64,000 bases of DNA from Neoechinorhynchus agilis (taxonomy: Eukaryota; Animalia; Acanthocephala). The notes under the pieces are model-generated. The model was given only the letters and a program-made list of their open reading frames with translations, had not been told where the DNA came from and ran no database searches. Below are positions 37,469-47,511 of the stretch, piece by piece. Each line of letters starts with the position of its first letter. Position 1 is the first letter of the stretch. The stretch is taken from NCBI GenBank assembly GCA_051530055.1, contig CM121341.1:12378784-12442783 (forward strand). The letters are read 5' to 3'. Position numbers and translations under genes: made by a program.

Positions 37469-38340
37469 GCGCAACTAAAGAATTAAAGATTAATTTAATA
37501 TATTTTCGGCCTGAGCGTGGGCCTTCTTCAGATATCTAAAACACGTCATTTTACAAACATTTGTCCTTTAGGACGTATATCAGGTGGAAGGCGCAGGTGG
37601 AGTTTGTAATCCGCTTTATTGTGCGTTAATGTACGCGTTGTTTGTTTTAAAATGGCCTCCATCGTTGTTCTGTCTCTACGGCTGTCACATTTTGCTAGAA
37701 TCTCAGTGGCATCAAAATTGATCTGATGATCATTTTCAATCACGTGGTGTACAATCGCAGAGCTTGTATCCATTTTTCTGAACACCAATCACGTAACGAA
37801 ACACTAAACTTCCACTTCTAATCAGTGAACGCGTTAAACAATTTAAAATATCGGGTGAAAAACGTGTGACCAAACCAATGTAAACAACTTAAATTGTGCT
37901 GTTCGTAAATGCAAGAGGGCCAAGTGGCCGTGTGGAGGTGCAGAGTGGCAGTGACTGCTGAGGGATAGCAGAAAAACCTACAATGTTGCCAATGGCACTA
38001 ATCGGCCTCTTTTTGCAGAACGTTTATTTAAGTCTAAATAGTAAAACACGTCTTTTAGACGGGATGGCACGTGATTGGTGTTCAGAAAAATGGATACAAG
38101 CTCTGCGATTGTACACTACGTGATTGAAAATGATCATCAGATCAATTTTGATGCCACTGAGATTCTAGCAAAATGAAACAACCGTAGAGACAGAATAACG
38201 ATGGAGGCCATTTTAGAACAAACAACGCGTACATTAACGCACAATAAAGCGGATTACAAACTCCATCTGCGCCTTCCCCTGAGAACGCCCACTCTCAGGC
38301 CGAAAATTAATTAAATTAATCTTTAATTCTTTAATTACGC
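37469..38340. mobile_element. Penelope-like element remnant: two 5'-truncated GIY-YIG 3' ends, back to back
   Basis: Arm 37469-37794 (minus) encodes SSAIVHHVIENDHQINFDATEILAKCDSRRDRTTMEAIL, like the PLE GIY-YIG C-terminus. Arm 38069-38340 (plus) is its inverted copy with a TGA and a roughly 55-bp deletion. Spacer is 274 bp. Confidence 0.82.
37496..37531 (-). ncRNA. Minimal type I hammerhead ribozyme motif (PLE-type)
   Basis: Minus strand reads CUGAAGA-A-GGCC(CACGCUCA)GGCC-GAAA-AUAUAU-UA: intact core, 4-bp stem II and palindromic stem III. It lies just downstream of the GIY-YIG stop. Stem I pairs poorly. Confidence 0.6.
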
Positions 38341-38422
38341 GAAATATTAATTTAACAATGGCAAATATATATTCAAAGTTTTCACTCTTGCGTTTCGTCA
38401 ATGTTCCATCTGTATTTATTTT

Positions 38423-41400
38423 AAAGTTTGTTTTTCCTTAACCCAGGAAAAGTTTTATTGCTTCAAACAACGCAATTTTGAACAATATTCTAAAACAAAA
38501 GAGCAAAGTCTTCGTTCAGTGTTTTTGCTTACCTAACAAAGTACACGTTTATTTTTCCTTTTAAAAACCCAGGAAAAGTTTTATTGACTCAAACAATGTA
38601 ATTTTGAACAATATTCTAAACCAAAAGAGCAAAGTCTCAGTTCAGTGTTCTTGCTTGCCTAACAAAGTACAAGTTTAATTTTCCTTTTAAAAACCCAGGA
38701 AAAGTTTTATTGCTTCAAACAACGTAATTTTGAACAATATTCTTAACCAAAAGAGCAAAGTCTCCGTTCAGTGTTCTTGCTTACCTAACAAAGTACAAGT
38801 TTATTTTTCCTTTTAACAACCCAGGAAAAGTTTTATTGCTTCAAACAATGTAATTTTGAACAATATTCTAAACCAAAAGAGCAAAGTCTCCGTTCAGTGT
38901 TCTTGCTTACCTAACAAAGTACAAGTTTATTTTTCCTTTTAACAACCCAGGAAAAGTTTTATTGCTTCAAACAACGTAATTTTGAACAATATTCTAAACC
39001 AAAAGAGCAAAGTCTTCGTTCAGTGTTCTTGCTTACCTAACAAAGTACAAGTTTATTTTTCCTTTTAACAACCCAGGAAAAGTTTTAATGCTTAAAACAA
39101 CGTAATTTTGAACAATATTTTAAACCAAAAGAGCAAAGTCTCCGTTCAGTGTTCTTGCTTACCTAACAAAGTACAAGTTTATTTTTCCTTTTAACAACCC
39201 AGGAAAAGTGTTATTGCTTAAAACAACGTAATTTTGAACAATATTCTAAACCACCAAAAGAGTAAAGTCTCCGTTCAGTGTTCTTGCTTACCTAACAAAG
39301 TACAAGTTTATTTTTCCTTTTAACAACCCAGGAAAAGTTTTATTGCTTCAAACAACGCAATTTTGAACAATATTCTAAACCAAAAGAGCAAAGTCTCGGT
39401 TCAGTGTTCTTGCTTACCTAACAAAGTACAAGTTTATTTTTCCTTTTAACAACCCAGGAAAAGTTTTATTGCTTAAAACAATGTAATTTTGAACAATATT
39501 CTAAACCAAAAGAGCAAAGTCTCCGTTCAGTGTTCTTGCTTACCTAACAAAGTACAAGTTTATTTTTCCTTTTAACAACCCAGGAAAAGTTTTATTGCTT
39601 CAAACAACGTAATTTTGAAAAATATTCTAAACCAAAAGAGCAAAGTCTTCGTTCAGTGTTCTTGCTTACCTAACAAAGTACAAGTTTATTTTTTCTTTTA
39701 ACAACCTAGAAAAAGTTTTATTGCTTCAAACAACGTAATTTTGAACAATATTCTAAACGAAAAGAGCAAAGTCTCCGTTCAGTGTTCTTGCTTACCTAAC
39801 AAAGTACAAGTTTATTTTTGCATTTAACAACCCAGGAAAAGTTTTATTGCTTCAAACAACGTAATTTTGAACAATATTCTAAACCAAAAGAGCAAAGTCT
39901 CCGTTCAGTGTTCTTGCTTGCCCAACAAAGTACAAGTTTACTTTTCAACAACCCAGGAAAAGTTTTATTGCTTCAAACAACGTAATTTTGAACAATATTT
40001 TAAACCAAAAGAGCAAAGTCTTCGTTCAGTGTTCTTGCTTACCCAACAAAGTACAAGTTTATTTTTAAACAACCCAGGAAAAGTTTTATTGCTTCAAACA
40101 ACGTAATTTTGAACAATATTCTAAACCAAAAGAGCAAAGTCTCCGTTCAGTGTTCTTGCTTTCCTAACAAAGTACAAGTTTATTTTTCCTTTTAACAACC
40201 CAGGAAAAGTTTTATTGCTTCAAACAACGTAATTTTGAACAATATTCTAAACCAAAAGAGCAAAGTCTTCGTTCAGTGTTCTTGCTTACCTAACAAAGTA
40301 CAAGTTTATTTTTCAACAACCCAGGAAAAGTTTTATTGCTTCAAACAACGCAATTTTGAACAATATTCTAAACCAAAAGAGCAAAGTCTCCGTTCAGTGT
40401 TCTTGCTTACCTAACAAAGTACAAGTTTATTTTTCCTTTTAACAACCCAGGAAAAGTTTTATTGCTTAAAACAACGTAATTTTGAACAATATTCTAAACC
40501 AAAAGAGCAAAGTCTCCGTTCAATGTTCTTGCTTACCTAACAAAGTACAAGTTTATTTTTGCTTTTAACAACACAGGAAAAGTTTTATTGCTTCAAACAA
40601 CGCAATGTTGAACAATATTCTAAACCAAAAGAGCAAAGTCTCCGTTCAGTGTTCTTGCTTACCTAACAAAGTACAAGTTTATTTTTGCATATAAACAACC
40701 CAGGAAAAGTTTTATTGCTTCAAACAACGCAATTTTGAACAATATTCTAAACCAAAAGAGCAAAGTCTTCGTTCAGTGTTCTTGCTTACCTAAGAAAGTA
40801 CAAGTTTATTTTTGCTTTTAACAACCCAGGAAAAGTTTTATTGCTTCAAACAACGTAATTTTGAACAATATTCTAAACCAAAAGAACAAAGTCTCGGTTC
40901 AATGTTCTTGCTTACCTAACAAAGTACAAGTTTATTTTTCAATAACCCAGGAAAAGTTTTATTTCTTAAAACAACGTAATTTTGAACAATATTTTAAACC
41001 AAAAGAGCAAAGTCTTCGTTCAGTGTTCTTGCATACCTAACAAAGTACAAGTTTATTTTTCCTTTTAACAACCCAGGAAAAGTTTTATTTCTTAAAACAA
41101 CGTAATTTTGAACAATATTTTAAGCCAAAAGAGCAAAGTCTTCGTTCAGTGTTCTTGCTTACCTAACAAAGTACAAGTTTATTTTTCCTTTTAACAACCC
41201 AGGAAAAGTTTAAATGCTTAAAAAAAAGTAATTTTGAACAATATTTTAAACCAAAAGAGCAAAGTCTCTGTTCAGTGTTCTTGCTTACCTAAAAAAGTAC
41301 AAGTTTATTTTTCCTTTTAACAACCCAGGAAAAGTTTTATTGCTTCAAACAACGTAATTTTGAACAATATTCTAAACCAAAAGAGCAAAGTCTCTGTTCA

Positions 41401-43279
41401 GTGTTCTTGCTTACCTAACAAAGTACAAGTTTATTTTTCCTTTTAACAACCCAGGAAAAGTTTTATTGCTTCAAACAACGTAATTTTGAACAATATTCTA
41501 AACAAAAAGAGCAAAGTCTTCGTTCAGTGTTCTTGCTTGCCTAACAAAGTACAAGTTTATTTTTCCTTTCAACAACCCGGGAAAAGTTTTATTGCTTAAA
41601 ACAACGCAATTTTGAACAATATTTTAAACAAAAAGAGCAAAGTCTCGGTTCAGTGTTCTTGCTTGCCTAACAAAGTACAAGTTTATTTTTCCTTTTAACA
41701 ACCCAGGAAAAGTTTTATTGCTTCAAACAACGTAATTTTGAACAATATTCTAAACCAAAAGAGCAAAGTCTTCGTTCAATGTTCTTGCTTACCTAACAAA
41801 GTACAAGTTTATTTTTCCTTTTAACAATCCAGGAATAGTTTTATTTTTGCTTAAAACAACGTAATTTTGAACAATATTTTAAACGAAAGTAGCAAAGTCT
41901 TCGTTCAGTGTTCTTGCTTACCTAACAAAGTACAAGTTTATTTTTCCTTTTAACAACCCAGGAAAAGTTTTAATGCTTAAAACAACGTAATTTCGAACAA
42001 TATTTTATACCAAAAGAGAAAAGTCTCCGTTCAGTGTTCTTGCTTACCCAACAAAGTACAAGTTTATTTTTCCTTTTAACAACCCAGGAAAAGTTTTATT
42101 GCTTCAAACAACGTAATTTTGAACAATATTCTAAACCAAAAGAGCAAAGTCTTCGTTCAATGTTCTTGCTTACCTAACAAAGTACAAGTTTATTTTTCAA
42201 CAACCCAGGAAAAGTTTTATTGCTTCAAACAAAGTAATTTTGAACAATATTCTAAACCAAAAGAGCAAAGTCTTCGTTCAATGTTCTTGCTTACCTAACA
42301 AAGTACAAGTTTATTTTTCCTTTTAACAACCCAGAAAAAGTTTTAATGCTTAAAACAACGTAATTTCGAACAATATTTTAAACCAAACGAGCAAAGTCTC
42401 CGTTCAGTGTTCTTGCTTACCTAACAAAGTACAAGATAATTTTTCCTTTTAACAACCCAGGAAAAGTTTTATTGCTTAAAACAACGTAATTTTGAACAAT
42501 ATCTTAAACGAAAAGAGCAAAGTCTTCGTTCAGTGTTCTTGCTTACCTAACAAAGTACAAGTTTATTTTTCCTTTTAACAACCCAGGAAAAGTTTTAATG
42601 CTTAAAACAACGTAATTTCGAACAATATTTTATACCAAAAGAGAAAAGTCTCCGTTCAGTGTCCTTGCTTACCCAACAAAGTACAAGTTTATTTTTCAAC
42701 AACCAAGGAAAAGTTTTATTGCTTAAAACAACGTAATTTTGAACAATATCTTAAACGAAAAGAGCAAAGTCTTCGTTCAGTGTTCTTGCTTACCCAACAA
42801 AGTACAAGTTTATTTTTCAACAACCCAGGAAAAGTTTTATTGCTTAAAACAACGTAATTTTGAACAATATTTTAAACGAAAAGAGCAAAGTCTTCGTTCA
42901 GTGTTCTTGCTTACCTAACAAAGTACAAGTTTATTTTTCCTTTTAGCAACCCAGGAAAAGTTTTATTGCTTAAAACAACGTAATTTCGAACAATATTTTA
43001 TACCAAAAGAGAAAAGTCTCCGTTCAGTGTCCTTGCTTACCCAACAAAGTACAAGTTTATTTTTCAACAACCAAGGAAAAGTTTTATTGCTTCAAACAAC
43101 GCAATTTTGAACAATATTCTAAACCAAAAGAGCAGTCTCCGTTCAGTGTTCTTGCTTACCTAACAAAGTACAAGTTTATTTTTCAACAACCCAGGAAAAG
43201 TTTTATTGCTTCAAACAACGCAATTTTGAATAATATTCTAAACCAAAAGAGCAAAGTCTTCGTTCAGTGTTCTTGCTTA
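38423..43279. repeat. Satellite DNA, 126/121-bp monomer, diverged edge zone (about 39 units)
   Basis: Consensus AACAACCCAGGAAAAGTTTTATTGCTTCAAACAACGTAATTTTGAACAATATTCTAAACCAAAAGAGCAAAGTCTCCGTTCAGTGTTCTTGCTTACCTAACAAAGTACAAGTTTATTTTTC(CTTTT), 40/126 G+C, with many private substitutions. Confidence 0.97.
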
Positions 43280-43416
43280 TGTGGCGGCGACTTCTTCCAC
43301 GTAATGGCGGGCAGCCGGAAGAAGTTTCCTTTCCCCGAATGAAAGCAGGGACAACAAGCATTCACCACAATGTAAAGATAATAAACTTAATCTTCTTCTT
43401 ACGTGACGCCGCCAAA
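43280..43416 (+). repeat. 5' LTR (137 bp if the terminal inverted repeat is taken as TGTGGCGGCG...CGCCGCCAAA)
   Basis: Identical to the 3' LTR over 134 bp. Contains AATAAA. Begins with TG. Confidence 0.93.
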
Positions 43417-43417
43417 T

Positions 43418-43431
43418 TGGTGACCCCGACG
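43418..43431 (+). promoter_or_regulatory. Primer-binding site complementary to the tRNA-Trp 3' end
   Basis: TGGTGACCCCGACG is the reverse complement of CGTCGGGGTCACCA, the 3' end of metazoan tRNA-Trp(CCA). Confidence 0.85.
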
Positions 43432-43433
43432 CA

Positions 43434-44246
43434 ATGGCACAACAACAGCAACCTTCTGATAGCGACATCGTCACGGAACCACAATCAAGCGGAAGCACAT
43501 ACTCGGTTACTTCCATAAACCAGGCAATGGCAGACCTCGCTCAGATCAGCTCTGTCTCAGTGAGACTTCCGACGTTTACTCCGAAGGACGTCGATATGTG
43601 GTTTTCGCAGGTGGAATCGACATTCCAACTGCGCCACATCACCCAGGATCAGACAAAATATGACTATGTATTTACTAGTTTGGACGCCGAGACTCTGTGC
43701 CGGCTCAGGAGTTTTGTCGCCAACCTGCCGTCCCCCGGCGATCGGTACGATGGGCTGAAAGCTCGCCTGAGGCAGATCTTCAGCATTCCTGAATATCGGC
43801 GGATGCAGGAAATAGTGGAGATGACAATCAACGAGGATACCCCCTCCCGCTTGCTAGAACGCATGTTGGGGCTGTACACTTCAAATTCGTATCCGGCCGC
43901 CGATCCCCTGTTCCGTTACCACTACATTAGCAAGCTGCCTACGAAGGTCCGTGAACTCGTCGCATCCATGGATACTCTCAAATTGACCGAACTGGCCGAA
44001 GTGGCAGACAAGTTCTATTTTCAAGTCGCAGGAGACTCGACAGTATGTGCGATCGAGCAGACAAGCCCGATGGTGGACGGGATTCGACAACGCCGCAAAA
44101 ACAAATCAGCTGCGAGGATTATACCAGGTATATGCCGTTTCCATGCCCAGTGGGGCAACCGATCCAGGAACTGCATCCCACCTTGCATTTTCAACGGCAA
44201 AGTTGCCTCAACAACACAGGGAAACGCCGATGCCGGCCGACAGTAA
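43434..44246 (+). CDS. gag: Gag (270 aa)
   Basis: [22 protein letters not shown] capsid-like start and [18 protein letters not shown] zinc-knuckle variant typical of this gypsy group. Confidence 0.92.
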   Translation: MAQQQQPSDSDIVTEPQSSGSTYSVTSINQAMADLAQISSVSVRLPTFTPKDVDMWFSQVESTFQLRHITQDQTKYDYVFTSLDAETLCRLRSFVANLPSPGDRYDGLKARLRQIFSIPEYRRMQEIVEMTINEDTPSRLLERMLGLYTSNSYPAADPLFRYHYISKLPTKVRELVASMDTLKLTELAEVADKFYFQVAGDSTVCAIEQTSPMVDGIRQRRKNKSAARIIPGICRFHAQWGNRSRNCIPPCIFNGKVASTTQGNADAGRQ

Positions 44247-44280
44247 TCGCCCACGCGACCGGCACCAGCAGCATGGGCGA
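44219..44280 (+). promoter_or_regulatory. -1 programmed ribosomal frameshift signal (slippery heptamer + H-type pseudoknot)
   Basis: G GGA AAC at 44219-44225 in the gag frame, 6-nt spacer, S1 GCCGGCCG/CGACCGGC (7 of 8 pairs), S2 TCGCCCA/TGGGCGA (7 bp). Pol is in the -1 frame. Confidence 0.85.
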
Positions 44281-47200
44281 CCTTTTTTTCGTGTTTGATA
44301 TAAACTCCCGTCGAAGTTTCCTCGTGGACACAGGGGCGCAAGTCAGCATTGTTCCACCGTCCGGAAACGAACGAGCCCATCCCAACAAAAAAAGGCTCAT
44401 CGCCGCCAACCACAGCACCATCCTGACCTACGGCACTAAAAGCCTATCGATCAATCTCGCAGGCAGGGCCCGGTACCAGTGGAAATTTATCATAGCCGAC
44501 GTCAAGCATCCCATCCTTGGTTCCGATTTCCTCCGAAACGTCGGGCTAATGATCGACTTGCAAGGCCGAAGACTGGTGTCCAATACACGAACCACCACAA
44601 TTCCCCTTCAAACGCCGAGGTCAACCCAACTGGTCAGCGTCCTGACCAGGCCCAGTAACAACTTCGAGGCGTTGCTCCTCCGGTATCCAGTTGTCCTTAC
44701 ACCAAGATTCGACTCGGCTGTGCAACACCAGGTGCAACATCACATAGTGACACGCGGACCACCGAGACACGCACGGGCACGGCGCCTCGCTCCAGATATC
44801 CTTCGGACAGTAAAGGAAGAGTTCAGGAAACTCGAACAGAATGGGATCATCCGCAAGTCAAGCAGCCCATGGTCGAGCCCCCTTCATACAGTCGACAAGA
44901 CCGACGGAACCAAGCGGCCCTGTGGGGACTACAGACAAATAAACGCTGCGACGGAGCCAGACAGATACCCTCTGCCGCACATCCATGATTTTGCAGGCAA
45001 CCTGCACGGATGTTCAGTCTTTTCAAAGATCGACTTGGTCAAGGGCTACCACCAGATCCCGGTAGCCCCGGAAGACATCCCAAAAACGGCGATAATCACC
45101 CCATTCGGCCTTTGGGAGTACACTCGTATGCCGTTCGGCCTACGCAACAGCGCCCAGACCTTCCAGAGATTTATGGACTCCGTCCTAGGCGACCTACCGT
45201 ACATTTTCGTCTACATCGACGACATCCTCGTCGCTTCCCGTAACAAGACGGAACACCTCAGACACCTGGAAGTACTCCTCACACGACTACAGAAGTTCGG
45301 CCTGGTCATCAACGTGGAGAAATGCAGTTTCGGTCTCAGCTCCGTCGAATTCCTGGGACACAAGGTTTCGGGTGCCGGCATCGCTCCCCTACCAGACAAG
45401 GTCAAGATCATCCGCGAGTATCCTAAGCCCTTAACGATGATCGAGCTACAGCGGTTCCTGGGGATGGTCAACTACTACCATCGTTTCCTTCCCCGAGCCG
45501 CCAAGATCATGGTCCCTCTCCACCGAGTTCTGGACGTCCACCCCAAGGCAAAGAACAACATCGTCCCGTGGGATTTAGAATCCTCGCAGGCCTTTCAAAA
45601 CACCAAGGAGCTATTGGCACATGCAGCCCTCCTTGCTCACCCCAACGCAGAAGCAGCGCTAGCCATCATCACTGATGCCTCGGACCGGGCAGTCGGCGCA
45701 GCCCTCCAGCAACGGAAACAAGGTGGTACCTGGCAGCCCCTCTCCTTCTTCAGCAGAAAGCTGCGTGATGCCGAAACAAGGTACAGCACCTACGATAAGG
45801 AGCTTTTGGCCGTTTTTCTCGCGGTCAAACACTTTCTCCCCCAAGTCGAGGGACGCGAGTTCACGATTTTCACCGACCACAAGCCGCTCATATTCAGCTT
45901 GGCGAAAAAGTCCACTCCGATATCAGCCCGTCAACAGCGACACCTGGCGTTCATCGCAGAGTACACCTCTGACATACGCCACGTATCCGGTCAAGACAAC
46001 GTAGTCGCGGACTCTCTCTCCCGCGCCCCAGTTGTATCCGCCGTCTCTTTGGGTATCGACTACGAGCGGTTGGCCGCGGACCAGGAGGCCGACGACGAGT
46101 ACATTACCTGTCAGATAGCCTGTCCTGCACTCCGCTGGGAGAAAATCGACCTCTCATCCAGAGGACCGAAACTGCTCTGCGACGTCTCAACGGATCAGCC
46201 CAGGCCATGGCTTCCACTTGCCTGGCGCAGCCGGGTCTTTCACCTCATCCACGACACGGCGCACCCCGGAGCGAACGGAACAATCAAGCTGATCTCCAAG
46301 CGGTTCGTATGGCACGGCCTGGCAAAAGACGTCCGCCAATGGTCGAGGGTCTGTGTCTCTTGCCAGCGGTCCAAAGTCCACAGACATGTAAAAAGCGACC
46401 TCTCTGAATTCCAGTTACCGGCCACCCGCTTCGCGCAGGTTCACGTAGACTTGGTTGGACCCCTTCCATCCTCCAACGGATTTAAATACTTACTAACTAT
46501 GGTTGACCGACACACGCGGTGGCCCGAAGCAGTTCCGGTAAGCGACATAACCGCAGGGACTTGCGCAAAGGCATTCCTCGACGCATGGGTTGCTCGGTTC
46601 GGCGTACCGAGCCATATTACCTCCGACAGAGGAAAACAATTCACCTCCGCAATTTGGTCGCACCTTGGCGAAGCCCTCGGAGTAGACGTCCACCGTACGA
46701 CCGCCTACCACCCGCAAGCCAACGGCATGGTAGAACGTTTCCACCGACAGCTCAAATCCTCCCTCACAGCTCGACTTTCATCATCGGCGTGGGCCAGAGA
46801 CCTGCCTTGGGTCCTCTTAGAGCTCAGAACCTTGCCCAAAGAAGACCTTGGTTGTTCCCCGGCGGAAGTAGTCTACGGATCAACACTGCGACTACCTGGA
46901 GAGTTTGTTCAGGACGCTGCATCCGAAATACCCAGCCTCCGTTTAGCACAACTCAGAGACAGGCTAATGGATTTAATGCCCGCGCCTCCAAGGTGGACCA
47001 AGAAGGCCAACAGCAATCACCCTACCAGAACGCCAGCTTCCCTGGATAATGCAAAATTTGTCTTTGTCAGGGTCGACGCGGTCAAGCCCCCGCTGTCTTG
47101 TCAGTATGATGGCCCGTACAGGGTCCTCCAGACTGGTGCCAAAACTTTCAAGGTCCAGATCAACGGGAGAGAACATCACGTCTCGGTAGACAGATTGAAG

Positions 47201-47353
47201 AGAGCCCACGTGAACCAGCAAACAAATGACCAACTCCATGTACCACAAATCCCTGATCCGGTGCTGCACCCAGTACGGCCTCCCAACCAGCAAACGACGC
47301 GCTGCGGTCGGCAAGTCAAAAGACCGGCACGTTTCCAGGACGGAACGGATTAG
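44219..47353 (+). CDS. pol: Pol (protease-RT-RNase H-integrase), expressed by frameshift
   Basis: [10 protein letters not shown] (PR), YIDDILV (RT), [10 protein letters not shown] (RH), H..AHPG/CVSC and VHVDLVG..ITSDRG..GMVERFH (IN), YDGPYRV (GPY/F). No stops and no chromodomain evident. Confidence 0.97.
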   Translation, partial: GKRRCRPTVIAHATGTSSMGDLFFVFDINSRRSFLVDTGAQVSIVPPSGNERAHPNKKRLIAANHSTILTYGTKSLSINLAGRARYQWKFIIADVKHPILGSDFLRNVGLMIDLQGRRLVSNTRTTTIPLQTPRSTQLVSVLTRPSNNFEALLLRYPVVLTPRFDSAVQHQVQHHIVTRGPPRHARARRLAPDILRTVKEEFRKLEQNGIIRKSSSPWSSPLHTVDKTDGTKRPCGDYRQINAATEPDRYPLPHIHDFAGNLHGCSVFSKIDLVKGYHQIPVAPEDIPKTAIITPFGLWEYTRMPFGLRNSAQTFQRFMDSVLGDLPYIFVYIDDILVASRNKTEHLRHLEVLLTRLQKFGLVINVEKCSFGLSSVEFLGHKVSGAGIAPLPDKVKIIREYPKPLTMIELQRFLGMVNYYHRFLPRAAKIMVPLHRVLDVHPKAKNNIVPWDLESSQAFQNTKELLAHAALLAHPNAEAALAIITDASDRAVGAALQQRKQGGTWQPLSFFSRKLRDAETRYSTYDKELLAVFLAVKHFLPQVEGREFTIFTDHKPLIFSLAKKSTPISARQQRHLAFIAEYTSDIRHVSGQDNVVADSLSRAPVVSAVSLGIDYERLAADQEADDEYITCQIACPALRWEKIDLSSRGPKLLCDVSTDQPRPWLPLAWRSRVFHLIHDTAHPGANGTIKLISKRFVWHGLAKDVRQWSRVCVSCQRSKVHRHVKSDLSEFQLPATRFAQVHVDLVGPLPSSNGFKYLLTMVDRHTRWPEAVPVSDITAGTCAKAFLDAWVARFGVPSHITSDRGKQFTSAIWSHLGEALGVDVHRTTAYHPQANGMVERFHRQLKSSLTARLSSSAWARDLPWVLLELRTLPKEDLGCSPAEVVYGSTLRLPGEFVQDAASEIPSLRLAQLRDRLMDLMPAPPRWTKKANSNHPTRTPASLDNAKFVFVRVDAVKPPLSCQYDGPYRVLQTGAKTFKVQINGREHHVSVDRLKRAHVNQQTNDQLHVPQIPDPVLHPVRPPNQQTTRCGRQVKRPARFQDGTD

Positions 47354-47365
47354 TGCGGCGACACT

Positions 47366-47375
47366 GGAGGGGAGG
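47366..47375 (+). promoter_or_regulatory. Polypurine tract
   Basis: GGAGGGGAGG lies 2 nt upstream of the 3' LTR. Confidence 0.85.
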
Positions 47376-47377
47376 TA

Positions 47378-47511
47378 TGTGGCGGCGACTTCTTCCACGT
47401 AATGGCGGGCAGCCGGAAGAAGTTTCCTTTCCCCGAATGAAAGCAGGGACAACAAGCATTCACCACAATGTAAAGATAATAAACTTAATCTTCTTCTTAC
47501 GTGACGCCGCC
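47378..47511 (+). repeat. 3' LTR (134 bp, terminal bases missing)
   Basis: Identical to the 5' LTR but ends at ...GACGCCGCC and is followed directly by satellite TCTTGCTTACC. Confidence 0.93.

Larger units (their letters stand above)
43280..47511 (+). mobile_element. Full-length Ty3/gypsy LTR retrotransposon (about 4.23 kb), recent insertion in the satellite
   Basis: Two identical short LTRs, PBS, PPT, and intact gag and pol. Flanked by satellite sequence TCTTGCTTA on both sides. Confidence 0.98.

Noticed and set aside
37908-38018. GC-rich structured stretch in the Penelope spacer as a second ribozyme
   Set aside because: Stems are possible, but the core (CAGUGA, G at the cleavage position) does not match the hammerhead consensus.
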